Made by a program: the position numbers and the translations under genes. Below are positions 49,422 to 61,190 of a stretch of 64,000 bases of DNA, in pieces; position 1 is the first letter of the stretch; each line of letters starts with the position of its first letter. Origin of the DNA: Marsupella aquatica (Eukaryota > Plantae > Marchantiophyta); the NCBI GenBank assembly GCA_973895155.1, contig OZ316897.1:8889832-8953831 (forward strand). Reading direction: 5' to 3'. The notes under the pieces are model-generated. The model saw nothing but the letters and a program-made list of their open reading frames with translations. It made no database searches and was not told the origin of the DNA.

Positions 49422-52400
49422 CACTAGAAGAAATCCACCCGTTTTGAGACCTGGAGATGTGTGACTTGTCCAAGACCTTCATGAAATAGCGACTCCAAGG
49501 TTGTTGGTGTCATGTTAGTCACACCTTCTTGACTGAGTTTTGGTGAAGTTTTGCCAAGTCATGTTTACAACTTTTAGGTAAGTTGCAACTATAACTTAGT
49601 TAAGGCAATTAGGGTGAAGTTATACAAGTGACTCTACATTAGAGTACAACTTATGAGACCACTACATTTGAACCCTTAAACCTTAAAGTATGGGATCCGC
49701 GACCATATACATATGATTTTGGATACACCATATGTCATTCCACATCAATTTAATAATAGTTTAGTCATACCATTCTAAACCATAATTACTCCTGACCCCA
49801 TTTAGACACAATGAAGCCTCAGCCCCATTCAAACAAAAAAAGGCCGGCTTTGTCAAACCTTGTTATTAACCTAACTTAATGCTTTTTGTAGTCAATCTCT
49901 AATTTTCCCCATCTTTACCACTTGTCCTACCCTCTATACCAGCCATAGAACATTGGATGATGTCCAACTACTATATTTTTGCATGCTATATATATATATG
50001 CATATGAAGAAGGCTTGATCTTAGATAGTATTATTTTTCTTTTAGGCTCATCATTTGTGCTCTTAATTAATGAACATGCAACAAGGCTATTGTAAGGTTA
50101 ATCCTAGCCCTGTGCGTTCATTTAATCTTTGCTCATATTGTGTTGTGTCAAATTTGCTTTAGGGTTTACGGCTCATGTCAACGCAAATTTTTTGAGTGTC
50201 ACTGGGTTTAGTTCTCTCACTAAGTGTTAAGGTATGCATTGTGCGTGAGTTTGCCTTTGGATACGAGTTTACGGTGCGCGGGTTTTTCAACAGGAAACAC
50301 ACCAGCAGAGTGCAAATGGGAGTTGAAGGTGCGCGGGAACTCGGAGGTTTTTGTCAAGGAAAAACTCGGATGTCCATTGTGCTTACCAACAACCATTGTT
50401 TAAGGCAAGGAGCTTTACGGACTTCACTCCTGCTTGTCGTGCTTGAGTGTACATCTGCCCTCTATACTTTTGGGAGCTTTGGACTAGAGCAGATGATCGG
50501 AAGCCTAGGACGAGAGACATAGACTCCAATATCCAGCTTGTAGATCAATCCATGATTGATTTTGTCAGGTGTGCAACCTTCAAGCTCTTCTCCATTGTGC
50601 GCTTCCAGTTGAATGCTGCAAGGTCTGAATACTATCGGGAGCTCGCATTTGGGCCAAGGTTTAGGTATTTTGTCATTGGAGGATTGAGTTGTGGGTTTAG
50701 GCCAAGTTACTATGAGCTTATGTTGTTGCAGCTGTGACCGATAACTGAGGAGCTACGACCAGGAGCTTATTTTGTTGCAGCACTGCCGTGGGCAAGGGGT
50801 TGTGGAGGATCGGGGAGCTGCAATGTAGAACTGAGGAGCTGCGAAAAAGTGGGGAGTGATCTTGAAGGCCAACTATCTAGCGTGAGGTGGATCATCATGG
50901 TTGCAACAGCGATCGGGCCCGATTTTGCATTGGCATTGTCAGTAAGACAATCTGTGGACGCACGAAAGAGTCGCAAGGAGTTGTTCTTGTGGGCAGAGAT
51001 TGGAGTTCACATTTGGTAAGTCCACCTCAATAATGACATACATTGTAAGTGGAGGCAATGTTATGGCCTCTTGTTGTCTTTAAACTCATTCTCCACTCAC
51101 AAGAGAATGAGGATTGATTGTGTCCTGAGAAGCTTAACAATTTATGTTGCTGACATCGTCCACATTGAGTGACAGTGAGCTCAAGTCAGTGAGTGGCCGA
51201 TTGAAGGGACCATTTGTACTCTTCATTACATGCTCGAGCAAGAGTGATTGATCTACTAATCACAAGCGCTCCCAGGTATCCATTTGTTGTTAAGGCTTGA
51301 AGCTTCACCGGGAGCTGCGACCGTCAATGGGGAGGAGTTGGAGGTTGTGTTGCGCTCGTCTTTGGAGGCGAGAGGTGAAATGCCGTAGCTCTGTTCAGGT
51401 GATGCAGCCATTTTTCTCAGGCGACAAGGTAAAATCTATGAGCTTCAAGCTGTTGGTGAGCTAAGCAACCACTGTGTTTATGCAAGCTATTGGTGTTTAT
51501 GCAATCTTTGTAACTCGACATTGTGACAGTAATCTTTGAATCTCCACTAGACTTGGGAGTGATAATGCGGACTTGTGTTTGCCACATTTCTTCAATTTCT
51601 TAAGGCAGCGGGAAGGAATAGGTTTGTGAGGTATAGGATACACATGTATATGATTCCCAGCGATTCCTGCTAATGAATTACATGTTTGGCTGCAGCAAGG
51701 AACAAAAGATTGAAGCCATTTCTTGGGTCTCCCGGAGTAAGGTTTAAGGTCAATAAGGATTCCAGTGTCTCACATAGTTGAATTCTTGCACCTCCGCTTG
51801 CATCTTCCAAACATTCTACTGTGAAGATAATACATGAATGAGATGCAAGGTTTTAGGTCATGTTTCTCTTTGCAGGATGGGTTTTCTTCGCTTTGCGCGT
51901 GGGAGCTGAAAACTTAGAGTTGAGGCATCAATCTTTAAGGGAGCTTGGAGTGGAAGCCGACAACTTGGAGCGGGACTTCGAGTTGCTGTTATGAGCTACA
52001 TTGGACTTGTGAGCCGTGGTTGCAGCTACGTCTTGGAGCTAAAACCTGGGAGCTGAAACTTGGGAGCTTAGAGTGGGCCAACGCAAGCTCTATACAAGGC
52101 AAGAGTTGTGCAATTTAAGGTGAGAGTCAGTAGCTTTTGGGATTCACCATCTTTCATCGTTGTCATCGCTGCTCTCCATGGTTTACAGTTTGCAAAATGT
52201 GACAGCCCCAGTGAGAGCTTTCGGCTACAGTGAGGTAAAGGGTGTTCTTACTCGTGCTACAGTCGCTTTGACTTGCTGAGTTCCAGCAAATTGAGTTTTA
52301 GCTGCGGTCAATGAGAGTTGAGTTGTTTGAGCTGCGGTCACTGAGAGTTTAGAGTTTGAGCTGCGATCACTGAATGCTGGCATTGAGGTGCACGCCCTTC

Positions 52401-54893
52401 ACATTGATCAGTGAAGGCTACGGCCGGGGTGATTATGACAGTTAATCCAATGCAAACCGTCCAGGTAGGATTTATGTGACATTGTGTACAATGAAGTGTA
52501 GAGTAATTTTGCAATCCATGAATGTTTGTGCTCAATGTTATAGATGCATAGGGTGGGTGTTGCATTTTGTTACTCTAAAATGTCCGTGATGTCGTGAGAT
52601 GTTCTGTTCCTTGGATTGAGACGATTCTTAGATCTTTGCATCAGCAATTATTGTATGTCATGTCTCACCTTAGATCATGAATGTGATTGGTTGGAGACTA
52701 TATTAATTGGGGAGGAGCTCCAATCCGTTGTCATTGCTTCTCAGTGGAGTGTTCTTTTAGTAAGCTGCAGGGGGCAACAGAGCGCAAGTTGCTGCTTGCA
52801 AGTTCACGCCTGCTACTTGCTACCTACGACTTCCGCCTGAAAGGTATGACATTCACATATGCGCATTTCTGGTCTCCAGTTGATCAATGGACCTCAAATT
52901 TCCATGCTCCAATACGCTACTGTGATTGAAGCCTATCACGATGCAAAAATAGAGGAGAGGCAGAATCAGAGCCTGAACACCAACGTGTACAGATATCACA
53001 AAGCTAAAATAGAGGAGAGGAAGAATCAGTGCTCGGCTCGGACACCAAAGTGTACAGACATCATGAAGCTAACTACAAGCTAGCAGATAGGTCAAATGCT
53101 CCCAAATCGAGTCAGAGGAAAGTTACTAAAACTACCTTCACAACTCTCAAGTCTGGAAAGTAAATCAGCCTGAGACACGCAGCAAGAACTGTTGTCTGCT
53201 AGGAACTGTTGTTTGCTTTCTTGGGGATCGTCATGTGTATGTAACTGCATACACATTCTACCTAAGGGGAGTATGACTGTACACCTCAGGTAGAACCGAG
53301 TACTATCTATCGCATGATATAATTCCTCTACAGTTTGGTAGGGCCAATGCCATGTGATCATGTACTTGCTCTATAAAATTCTGAAGATATAAGCATTTTC
53401 TGTTAGACCAAGCAACTTGGGAGTTGCTAAGTGTCACCTGCATCTGAAAGGCTACACCGGGGGCATCAGTGGAGGTTCACTTGCACAACACGACAGCCAG
53501 TGAATTTTCTCTCTGCTGCAACCTGCAAGGTGAGACTTTTGGTCTTTCTGGATGAAAAAATAGGATTTTAATATGATTGATATACATGTCCGTCGAGAAC
53601 ATGGGTTTATCACCAAGCTCTTTGTCTTAGGAAACTCATAAACTTAGAATCAAATATGTACTATGCACGTTTCATGCTATGTGTATACTATGACCTGTAG
53701 TTGGAACCAAGACAGTGAGTGGGAACTGATTAGTTTAGGTTGGTTGTTGTTGGCGAGGCAAGTCGACCTCCTGCTCGCCTTGCTCATCAAAGGACATGAA
53801 TAGAGGACGTCACAATGAAAGCAACACTTATGGTGAGGACCCGCAATGCTGAACATGTGCGGCTTGCACGCAAGGCAGAGATGTTGCACCTTGAGTATGT
53901 CAGACTTGGGATCCTTCCAGCCCAATCTGCATGGTACTTTGAGTACCCTGTTGTTTCCAGGAACAACTACAACCGGCCTCTACCTGCTTTAGTACCCTTC
54001 CCGACATCCTTGGTATTTGTGTCTCTTGTACATGACCCGCCACAAATTAGGTGCCAAGGGTGTGTGCATAGTTGCCAATATGACTATCCTGCCTGTAGGG
54101 CTTCTGGCCCAGAATTGGATGACCGTTCTCTTGGATGCCAATTTTTGCACAGAGCACAATGTATCATCTAAAACCACTCGCCATCCTACAGTGTGCCTGG
54201 TGATGTCACTTGTCCTGCCCTCCCAGACCCCACCACTGGTAGCTTTGGTGTCTACACATGTTTAGATCACATGCTCTAGAGGACCACTTGTCACACCACA
54301 TGCATAGACCAGATACCATTGACCTATAGCTTAACACTCTGGCTTCAACACAGAGGATATTTACTTAAATTTTTGATGTATGAGAAATTTTGGGTCCATG
54401 GTTTAGGGTCAACAGTACATAACTTATCCTATTATGCCTGCACTAAGCAAAATATCCTAATTTAAGAGGCTAGCAAACTCGCTTAAAAGTCTCTATTGAA
54501 AGACTGCTTTAATATTGCTTTAACCTAGTGAACATTGCAACGTTGAATGAATTAATGGGCCATGTGATAACCTGCAAAATGTGATTTATGCCTCACTTAT
54601 TTGTCTCAACCACTATCATAGCCTATTTAGGATGTATAAATTTCAACCCTTCTGACACTGCTTCATACCAATCCTCTTCAAAGAATGCCTATTTTACATG
54701 TCACGACTATTGTATGTGATTCAAATGCATGAAATGTTGTTGCAGATCTCCTTTGGTGAATCATAGCCACAATTAAAATTGAGGTGTTGGTGGAGAAATT
54801 GTATTAGGGGATCAGTTTTGTGTGTGGGCTCAACATACCAAAAGTATGTGTGCTCTCCATCCTTGTGTGGCCATTCCAATTCATTGCAGTAGC

Positions 54894-55181
54894 AAATGCC
54901 TTTGTACCTTAAATGCTAAATATATTTTACTTTCTGTGCAGTCTGCTAAATTGTAGAGTCTATCTAAATGCCTTTGTACCTTAAATGCTAAATATATTTT
55001 ACTTTCTGTGCAGTCTGCTAAATTGTAGAGTCTATCTAAATGCCTTTGTACCTTAAATGCTAAATATATTTTACTTTCTGTGCAGTCTGCTAAATTGTAG
55101 AGTCTATCTAAATGCCTTTGTACCTTAAATGCTAAATATATTTTACTTTCTGTGCAGTCTGCTAAATTGTAGAGTCTATCT
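54894..55181. repeat. Perfect 72-bp x 4 tandem repeat
   Basis: AAATGCCTTTGTACCTTAAATGCTAAATATATTTTACTTTCTGTGCAGTCTGCTAAATTGTAGAGTCTATCT at 54894, 54966, 55038 and 55110. Confidence 0.97.
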
Positions 55182-55192
55182 CATGCGTAGGC

Positions 55193-55873
55193 ATGGCACG
55201 GCCTAAAATTCAAGCCAAAAAGCGTGTGACAGAGGTGAGAAACATAGGTGTACTTGGGGCAAATGCTACTAACTTCTCTGCAAGTCAGATTTTCCAGAAG
55301 GCAGCTCATTGTTGTGCCATTTGTGACGATGGTGGGGGCCTGGTCATTTGTGAGGGCCCTTGCATGAGGCATTTCCACCTCAACCCGGAGTCTGACCTTG
55401 CTACAGAAAACAATTGTCCAAGGGTGGGCCTCCCGTCAACACACCAAGGAGACTGGATGTGCACTGATTGTTTGGAGAAGCAGGCTAAGTGTGCACAGTG
55501 TGGGAAGTTGGGGTCCTATGAGGGCTCTGTTGATGCTGCAGCAAATGTTAGGAAATGTCCAGACCGTTTTTGTGTGAGATTTTTCTGTTTAGAGTGTTTG
55601 CCTGCTCATGCCACATCTTGCCCACTTCATAGGTGCAAGGCATGTGGTGAGCATGATGATGACTACTGGACTGACATAGTCCACTGTGCTAGGTGTCCCA
55701 CTATGTGGCACTATCATTGCCTGAAAGATCGTCAAGCAGAGGGTTATGCTTGTGACAGAGAAATCTATGATCACTCTACACATGATGTTGATCGATTGAT
55801 ATTTTATTGTCATAGCCATGCCATTGATCCTACCTCGCGCACTCCTATGAGAGATCACATATCTTGGCTGTGA
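55193..55873 (+). CDS. Stand-alone EDM2/NSD-type multi-PHD finger protein (226 aa, intronless)
   Basis: CAICDDGG.LV.CEGPCMR.FH...C..CGKLGS...CPLHRC..C...C.RCP..WH..CL...IFYC..H.ID....TP.RDHI matches the PHD cassette of plant EDM2, including its TP.RDH tail. Confidence 0.85.
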   Translation: MARPKIQAKKRVTEVRNIGVLGANATNFSASQIFQKAAHCCAICDDGGGLVICEGPCMRHFHLNPESDLATENNCPRVGLPSTHQGDWMCTDCLEKQAKCAQCGKLGSYEGSVDAAANVRKCPDRFCVRFFCLECLPAHATSCPLHRCKACGEHDDDYWTDIVHCARCPTMWHYHCLKDRQAEGYACDREIYDHSTHDVDRLIFYCHSHAIDPTSRTPMRDHISWL

Positions 55874-56466
55874 AGCTGAACATTGTACATGCACAATGCA
55901 CCTGATGTGGATGTACTATTTTTTGAGAGGGTTTAGGGTTTCCAATTTTGAAAAGGAGTTGGGTAGCGAGTTTATATAGGCAGCACTTATCTTGTGCTCT
56001 GGCGTCAGTGGCTGGGTACATGCCTATAAAAACTTATCCTTACAAGCCTTCTTGGAAGTATTTAGGTTGAGTGGTCATTTTCATAAACACTTTCATTAGA
56101 CTGCTAAATTAAAACAGGACTTCTAAGTTGTAAGCGTACAAATTATCAGGCATGCAATTAATCAAATTGCCCTATAAGTTTGTCATTGAATGTATCCTCC
56201 TTTACAACAAAATATGTATGTGCCATGACAAGTTGGTTGCACTTCATTTCACCTTCGATATGGATTTTGTAGTATATATTCAAACAATGTCCTGCATCTG
56301 TGCAGGTGCCTAGTACATATTGTTCACATATCCCTTGTACCTATCAAAATTGGACTTGAGCACCAGTGGGCCAGATCAACTCAAAAAGCAGGAATTTTGT
56401 TGTCCTTGTATTGTCAGGTGAACCCATTCTTCCAAAATTCACTGTCATCACGTAGGGTGTGTGTAC

Positions 56467-57336
56467 ATGGAGCCTGGGAAACGTAGAAAGTGTGACCACC
56501 CAACAGTATTTATAGGGGTCAGAGCGATTTTGGTCCATGGCCAGCATGGGTTGACCAAAGTGCATTGGCCAACTGTACAGAAACGATTCTCTGAGCTCCA
56601 TGGCACTGTAGTTTAGGACATCACTCCAGAGACTACACATGTTGTAGAGACATGGCTATCAGTGATAAAGAAGTGGTCATGGTCCTACATAAATTCTGCA
56701 ATTACTAAGCAAGGCCTAAAAGTAGTTGAGGCCTCTTGGATCACAGATTCCATAGCACATAAGATTGTACAGGATACTGAGCAATATGAGCTGTGGGAGG
56801 ATGAAGAAGCTACTGCATCAGCTTGGGCTGAACAAGAAGTCTGGGAAGCAAAGGCACGGCTTGCTGATCTCCAATATGGACCTGTACTCAACAAAGGACA
56901 GAGCTCTAGAAGGCTGAAGAGTATGTTGGCTGAGGAGACGAAGCAACCAACCCCCATTCTGAAAGGGCTGAGCATGGTATTTGTGGAGGCGGGAATTGGA
57001 GAGGTTAAGTGCAAAGTGTACAAGTCCATAGTGCTTGACCTAGGTGGGACAGTGGAGGAGAATATAACAGAGGACACCACTCATGTCATTACTAAGTCAT
57101 ATCCCAAAGCCTGCCGCAAGTTTGGGAAGGGAGACATTTGCTTTTATGTCATGTCCCATAATGTGTTTGTGGTTTCATATGCTTGGCTTGTGGAATCAGT
57201 AGCAGCTGGGAAGTGTCAAAACCCAATGGACTATGATCTTTTTGAGGCCTGGCCACGGAAGGGTCAGGATCCTTACAGAGAGGACTATGAGACAACAAGT
57301 GAGGAATGGGTCATTAGCAATTCTGAATCAGAGTGA
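56467..57336 (+). pseudogene. Tandem BRCT-domain protein (one in-frame TAG near 56614)
   Basis: MEPGKRRK...HGTVV*DITPETTHVV...VVEASWITDSI and LKGLSMVFV...LGGTVEENITEDTTHVI...VVSYAWLVESV are two BRCT signatures. Confidence 0.75.
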
Positions 57337-57602
57337 GGAGTAGTAGCATCAGTTTGGACACAAGTTTTTTTGTAAAAATCAGATCATTGAAATAAATGTG
57401 ATCTTTGAACTAATGTACCTTGTTATGGTTGGTGGCAGTTGGGCTTATTTTACTATTGGCGGATTGTTGTTTCTTGCTGCTTGGGGGTGTCACTGTAAAC
57501 GTACTAGGTGGGCTCAAATCTTGGCGGCAGACTTTGGTGGGTATGTTGCCTTTCCTAGATCAACAGGCGCTATTACGGCTCCTCCTCTGGGTTGCCATAT
57601 AG

Positions 57603-57960
57603 TTGGCCACATTTAGGACTCTCCTGCATGGGTTGGTGCTAAAACATTTCTTGGCACCGCCTGAGGATGCAAGAGACGTTGAATCTATCGTGAATGAGGA
57701 TGCACAGTCCGAAGTGGACATCTACTTTTCAGCAGATGAGTTAGACAAGCCCGATGTTGTAGGTGGTTCCTTATTGCCTGATTTGGCAGATGATATAGTT
57801 CTTTCACATGTCTGGCCGAGGGTTCTTGTGGTGTCCTGTGCACAAGATATCTGCAAATATAGATTTAATGTACATGCCTGAGTACCTAAGGTCTGAGTGG
57901 CATCGAGAACAGGGTTGGTACCCATATCTCACCTGGTAATAAGGTGAGATATGTGCTACC
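57603..57960 (+). pseudogene. F-box-like cargo ORF
   Basis: SLLPDLADDIVLSHVWPRV motif; disrupted downstream. Confidence 0.5.
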
Positions 57961-58285
57961 GCTCTCACACCTGTGCCTATGACTATACATGATTGGACTC
58001 TGATATGGTCATGGGTGTACATGCAGAGGCGGTACATTTGAGGACAGCGGAGGAGGTGGTGACACCCTCCAACATTTAGGAATTTTGTGTCATTCACTTG
58101 ACAATAGGTACACTACTCACGAACCTGTTTTTTTCTTTTGGGGTGGTTTAGGGTTTGTGAGAATTTAGTACACGTTATGTTAACTCTTTTGGCAGATATA
58201 GTCAGGGATATATGGAACACAAATACCACCATTAGGCATCCTTATTCACTACTGTCCATGACTGCAGAGCTCCCAGCCTGTTACA

Positions 58286-61141
58286 ATGCACCCTGGTCAC
58301 CACCCTCCCCAGACCCAGCATAGGGCACAGGCACTGCCTTTGCATCATCCCACAAGGATATCACGCCATGATAATAATAAGCTTTGGCAACGTGAAAGGT
58401 TACGAACCAGACTTTCAGGAGCCAGTAGGATGAGATGTCCTTGTGCAATCTGCCAAGGATCCCGTACCAGGGGTCTGAATGAGGTTTGGCGGCATATCGC
58501 GGTTCATGGAAGAGATCCACGACATCGAGTTTGGAATGATCCTGTAGAGGAAGATTCTTCTGACGAGGAGTGGAGGTTAGAATTTGATGCTGCCAATGAT
58601 GCAAGACGGGCAAGTGAGGTTCTGCCTCGTGCATTTGAAAATGTTGTAGCTGGTCTCTGTGGGTTGTCAGCTCTCCAATGGGATGGTGCTCAGGCAGCAC
58701 CACGTGACGAAGGAATTCATGTGGAAGAGATGGTGAGAGACATCTTCGAAGACTTGGATGCATTTCACGATGGGCTGGACAACGAAGAGGATACAGCTGC
58801 AGATGTAAGTGTGCCCCTGGTCAAAAAGCCTCTTGATGAGTTTGAGATAGGGCAGGAAACCCCTGGGCATGATGGGATGTTTGGCTCTCCCCTGAAAATA
58901 CAGGAAGGCAGGAAGTCTTTGTACCCCGGTAGCAAATGTTCTAAACTGGGATTTGTCATCATGTTCCTGAACATTTGCGGCAACCACAATGTCCCCAATG
59001 TTTTGGTTTCTGAGTTGTTGGCATTCTTGCGAACAACTGTGCTACCAGATGGTAATATTTTGCCCAAGAACATGAACGAGGCAAAAAGATGCATATCTAA
59101 TCTTGGATTGAACTATGATTCCATCCATGCCTGTCCTGATGGGCATGTTCTTTTCAGGAGTATAAAGAATTGTTGACATGCCCTAAGTGTGGGAAGCACA
59201 GGTATCGGAACTCAGGAAAGTCTATGGTTCCCGCCAAGGTACTTCGTCATTTTCCACTCATTCCCAGACTTCAGCGGATGTTCAGAAGCCGTGCCATCTT
59301 GGAGATGATGACTTGGGCAACTGACAAGAAAAGTGATGATGGGCTACAACGACATGCTGCAGATTCAAGGCAATGGAAACTCATAGATGAGATGTATCCC
59401 AAATTTGTTGTTGAGCCGAGGAATGTCAGACTTGGGCTATCATTGGATGGGGTAAACCCATTTGGAGACAAGAACAACAAATTTTTGTGTTGGCCTGTAA
59501 CTATTTTGAATTATAACCTTCCTCCTTGGATGACTACAAAGCGATTTTTTGTTCTGATGGTCCTACTGATACCAGGGCCAGACAATGTTGTATTTGCCAA
59601 CATAGATGTGTTTCTGGCTCCCCTAGTGGAGGAATTGAGAAAGCTTTGGGAGGAAGCTAGGAGTCCTCACATATGATGTCCTACAGAGGCTTGGGAGGTT
59701 AAACCCATTCATCCTTAGAGCCATCGTCATTCTGACTATAGCTGACTACCCAGCCCATGGGATGATATCAGGCCAAACAACAAAAGGATATTGTGCTTGT
59801 ACTATCTGTGGGCGCAATGTCACCAGTGAGTACTCCAGAGCCCTGCAGAAAGTGATATACATGGGCCATCGTCGTTTTTTGAAGGCAAATCACCCTTATA
59901 GAGAAAGACAGACACTAATTGCACACTTTGGCAATGAGATTGGGGCAACGTGGACCCCCGGCACGAGTGACCAAAGAGGAGATCAGGCAGTGGGGAGCAC
60001 TAAGGGATGACTATATCAAACAAGGGGCAGGGAAGATGGAGTGAGTGATCCAATAAAGCGATATGGTGTAAAAAGACTGAGCATATTGGACTTGGAGCTC
60101 AAGTATTGGAGGGTAAGCCTCTTGGAGTTGATGCTAATTGGGATACATGTTTTGGTTCAGAGCATGTGCATTCATTTCGAAGAGAGAGACTAAACTTGAG
60201 GCATTTGCTGACGCTTTTGCATTGCAATGGTGCAGGAGTTTGAGCCAAGCAAACATAACATTGATGTTATGCACATTGAGAAGAATATTTGTGAGAGTCT
60301 ACTCAGATTCTTGTGTGGAGAGAAAGACACTGGTTCAGTGAGTTTGGATCTTGAACACAGGGGAATGAAACCCCATCTTTGGTTGAGGCCACATGCCCAC
60401 AGAGCTGATGTGCTCTTGAAGTACCAAGCGCCCTATGTTCTGACAGATACAAAGTGGCAACTATTTGTGCAGAGGTTGAGTTCTTTGAAGGTTCCTTCAA
60501 ACTATGGCAGTGCTTTCAAGAAGCATATCCTGACTAGAAAGCTTGGTAGTATGAAAAGCCATGACTACCATATCTTGATGCAACAGGTGTTGCCTTTATG
60601 TCTGAGGGGCCTGTTGCAAAAGCCTGTTCGTAATGTGATCATGCGACTCAATGATGTGTTTCATTGTATTTGTGTGAAGGTTTGGGATGAAACACACTTC
60701 CCACAACTGACAGAAGATGTTGCTCAGGTGCTGTGTGACCTGGAGATTTATTTTCCTCCCGCATTTTTTGATGTCATGACCCACCTACTTGTCCATGTTG
60801 TGGAAGAGCTACACCAATTTGGGCCTGTGAGTGCTCGTTGGTTGTACCCTTTGGAACGGTACATGAAGCTACTCAAAGGTCACGTGAGAACATATTACAA
60901 ACCTGAAGCAAGCATGGCTAAAGGTTACATCAAGGATGAGACTCTGGGATTTCTGACCGAATACATAGCACAATATGAGCATGTGAAGACCAGGGTGTGG
61001 AATTCTGATGAGGAGGAAGGGGTGATAGGTGAAGTACTGGAAGGGGCTGCAACCACAAAGAACCTGACCACATCTATGAGAGACTTGGCACGTGACTTTG
61101 TATTGCACAACATTGTGGTGATGGAACCCTGGATACAGTGA
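58286..61141 (+). pseudogene. CACTA TnpD/Tnp2-type transposase (frameshifted)
   Basis: CPC..C, YDSIHACPDGH.LF, CPKCG..RY, PAKVLRHFPLIPRLQRMF, RNVRLGL..DG.NPF, DVMHIEKNICE, MKSHDYH, FPPAFFDVMTHL..H, LYPLERYM. Confidence 0.93.
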
Positions 61142-61190
61142 GTGCATACATGTGCTATAATCCAGTTCATGAGCTTAAATGTTGTGTGCG

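Larger units (their letters stand above)
49422..61190 (+). mobile_element. Large CACTA/En-Spm element with cargo genes (right end not seen; interrupted at 61191)
   Basis: Begins CACTAGAAGAAA at a sharp homology breakpoint; En-Spm transposase at 58286-61141. Continuity across 50-55 kb is inferred. Confidence 0.65.

Noticed and set aside
49700-54800. Short ORFs and exon-like pieces inside the CACTA element, including the Cys-rich 53815-54171
   Set aside because: No recognisable domains or consistent gene model could be supported by eye.
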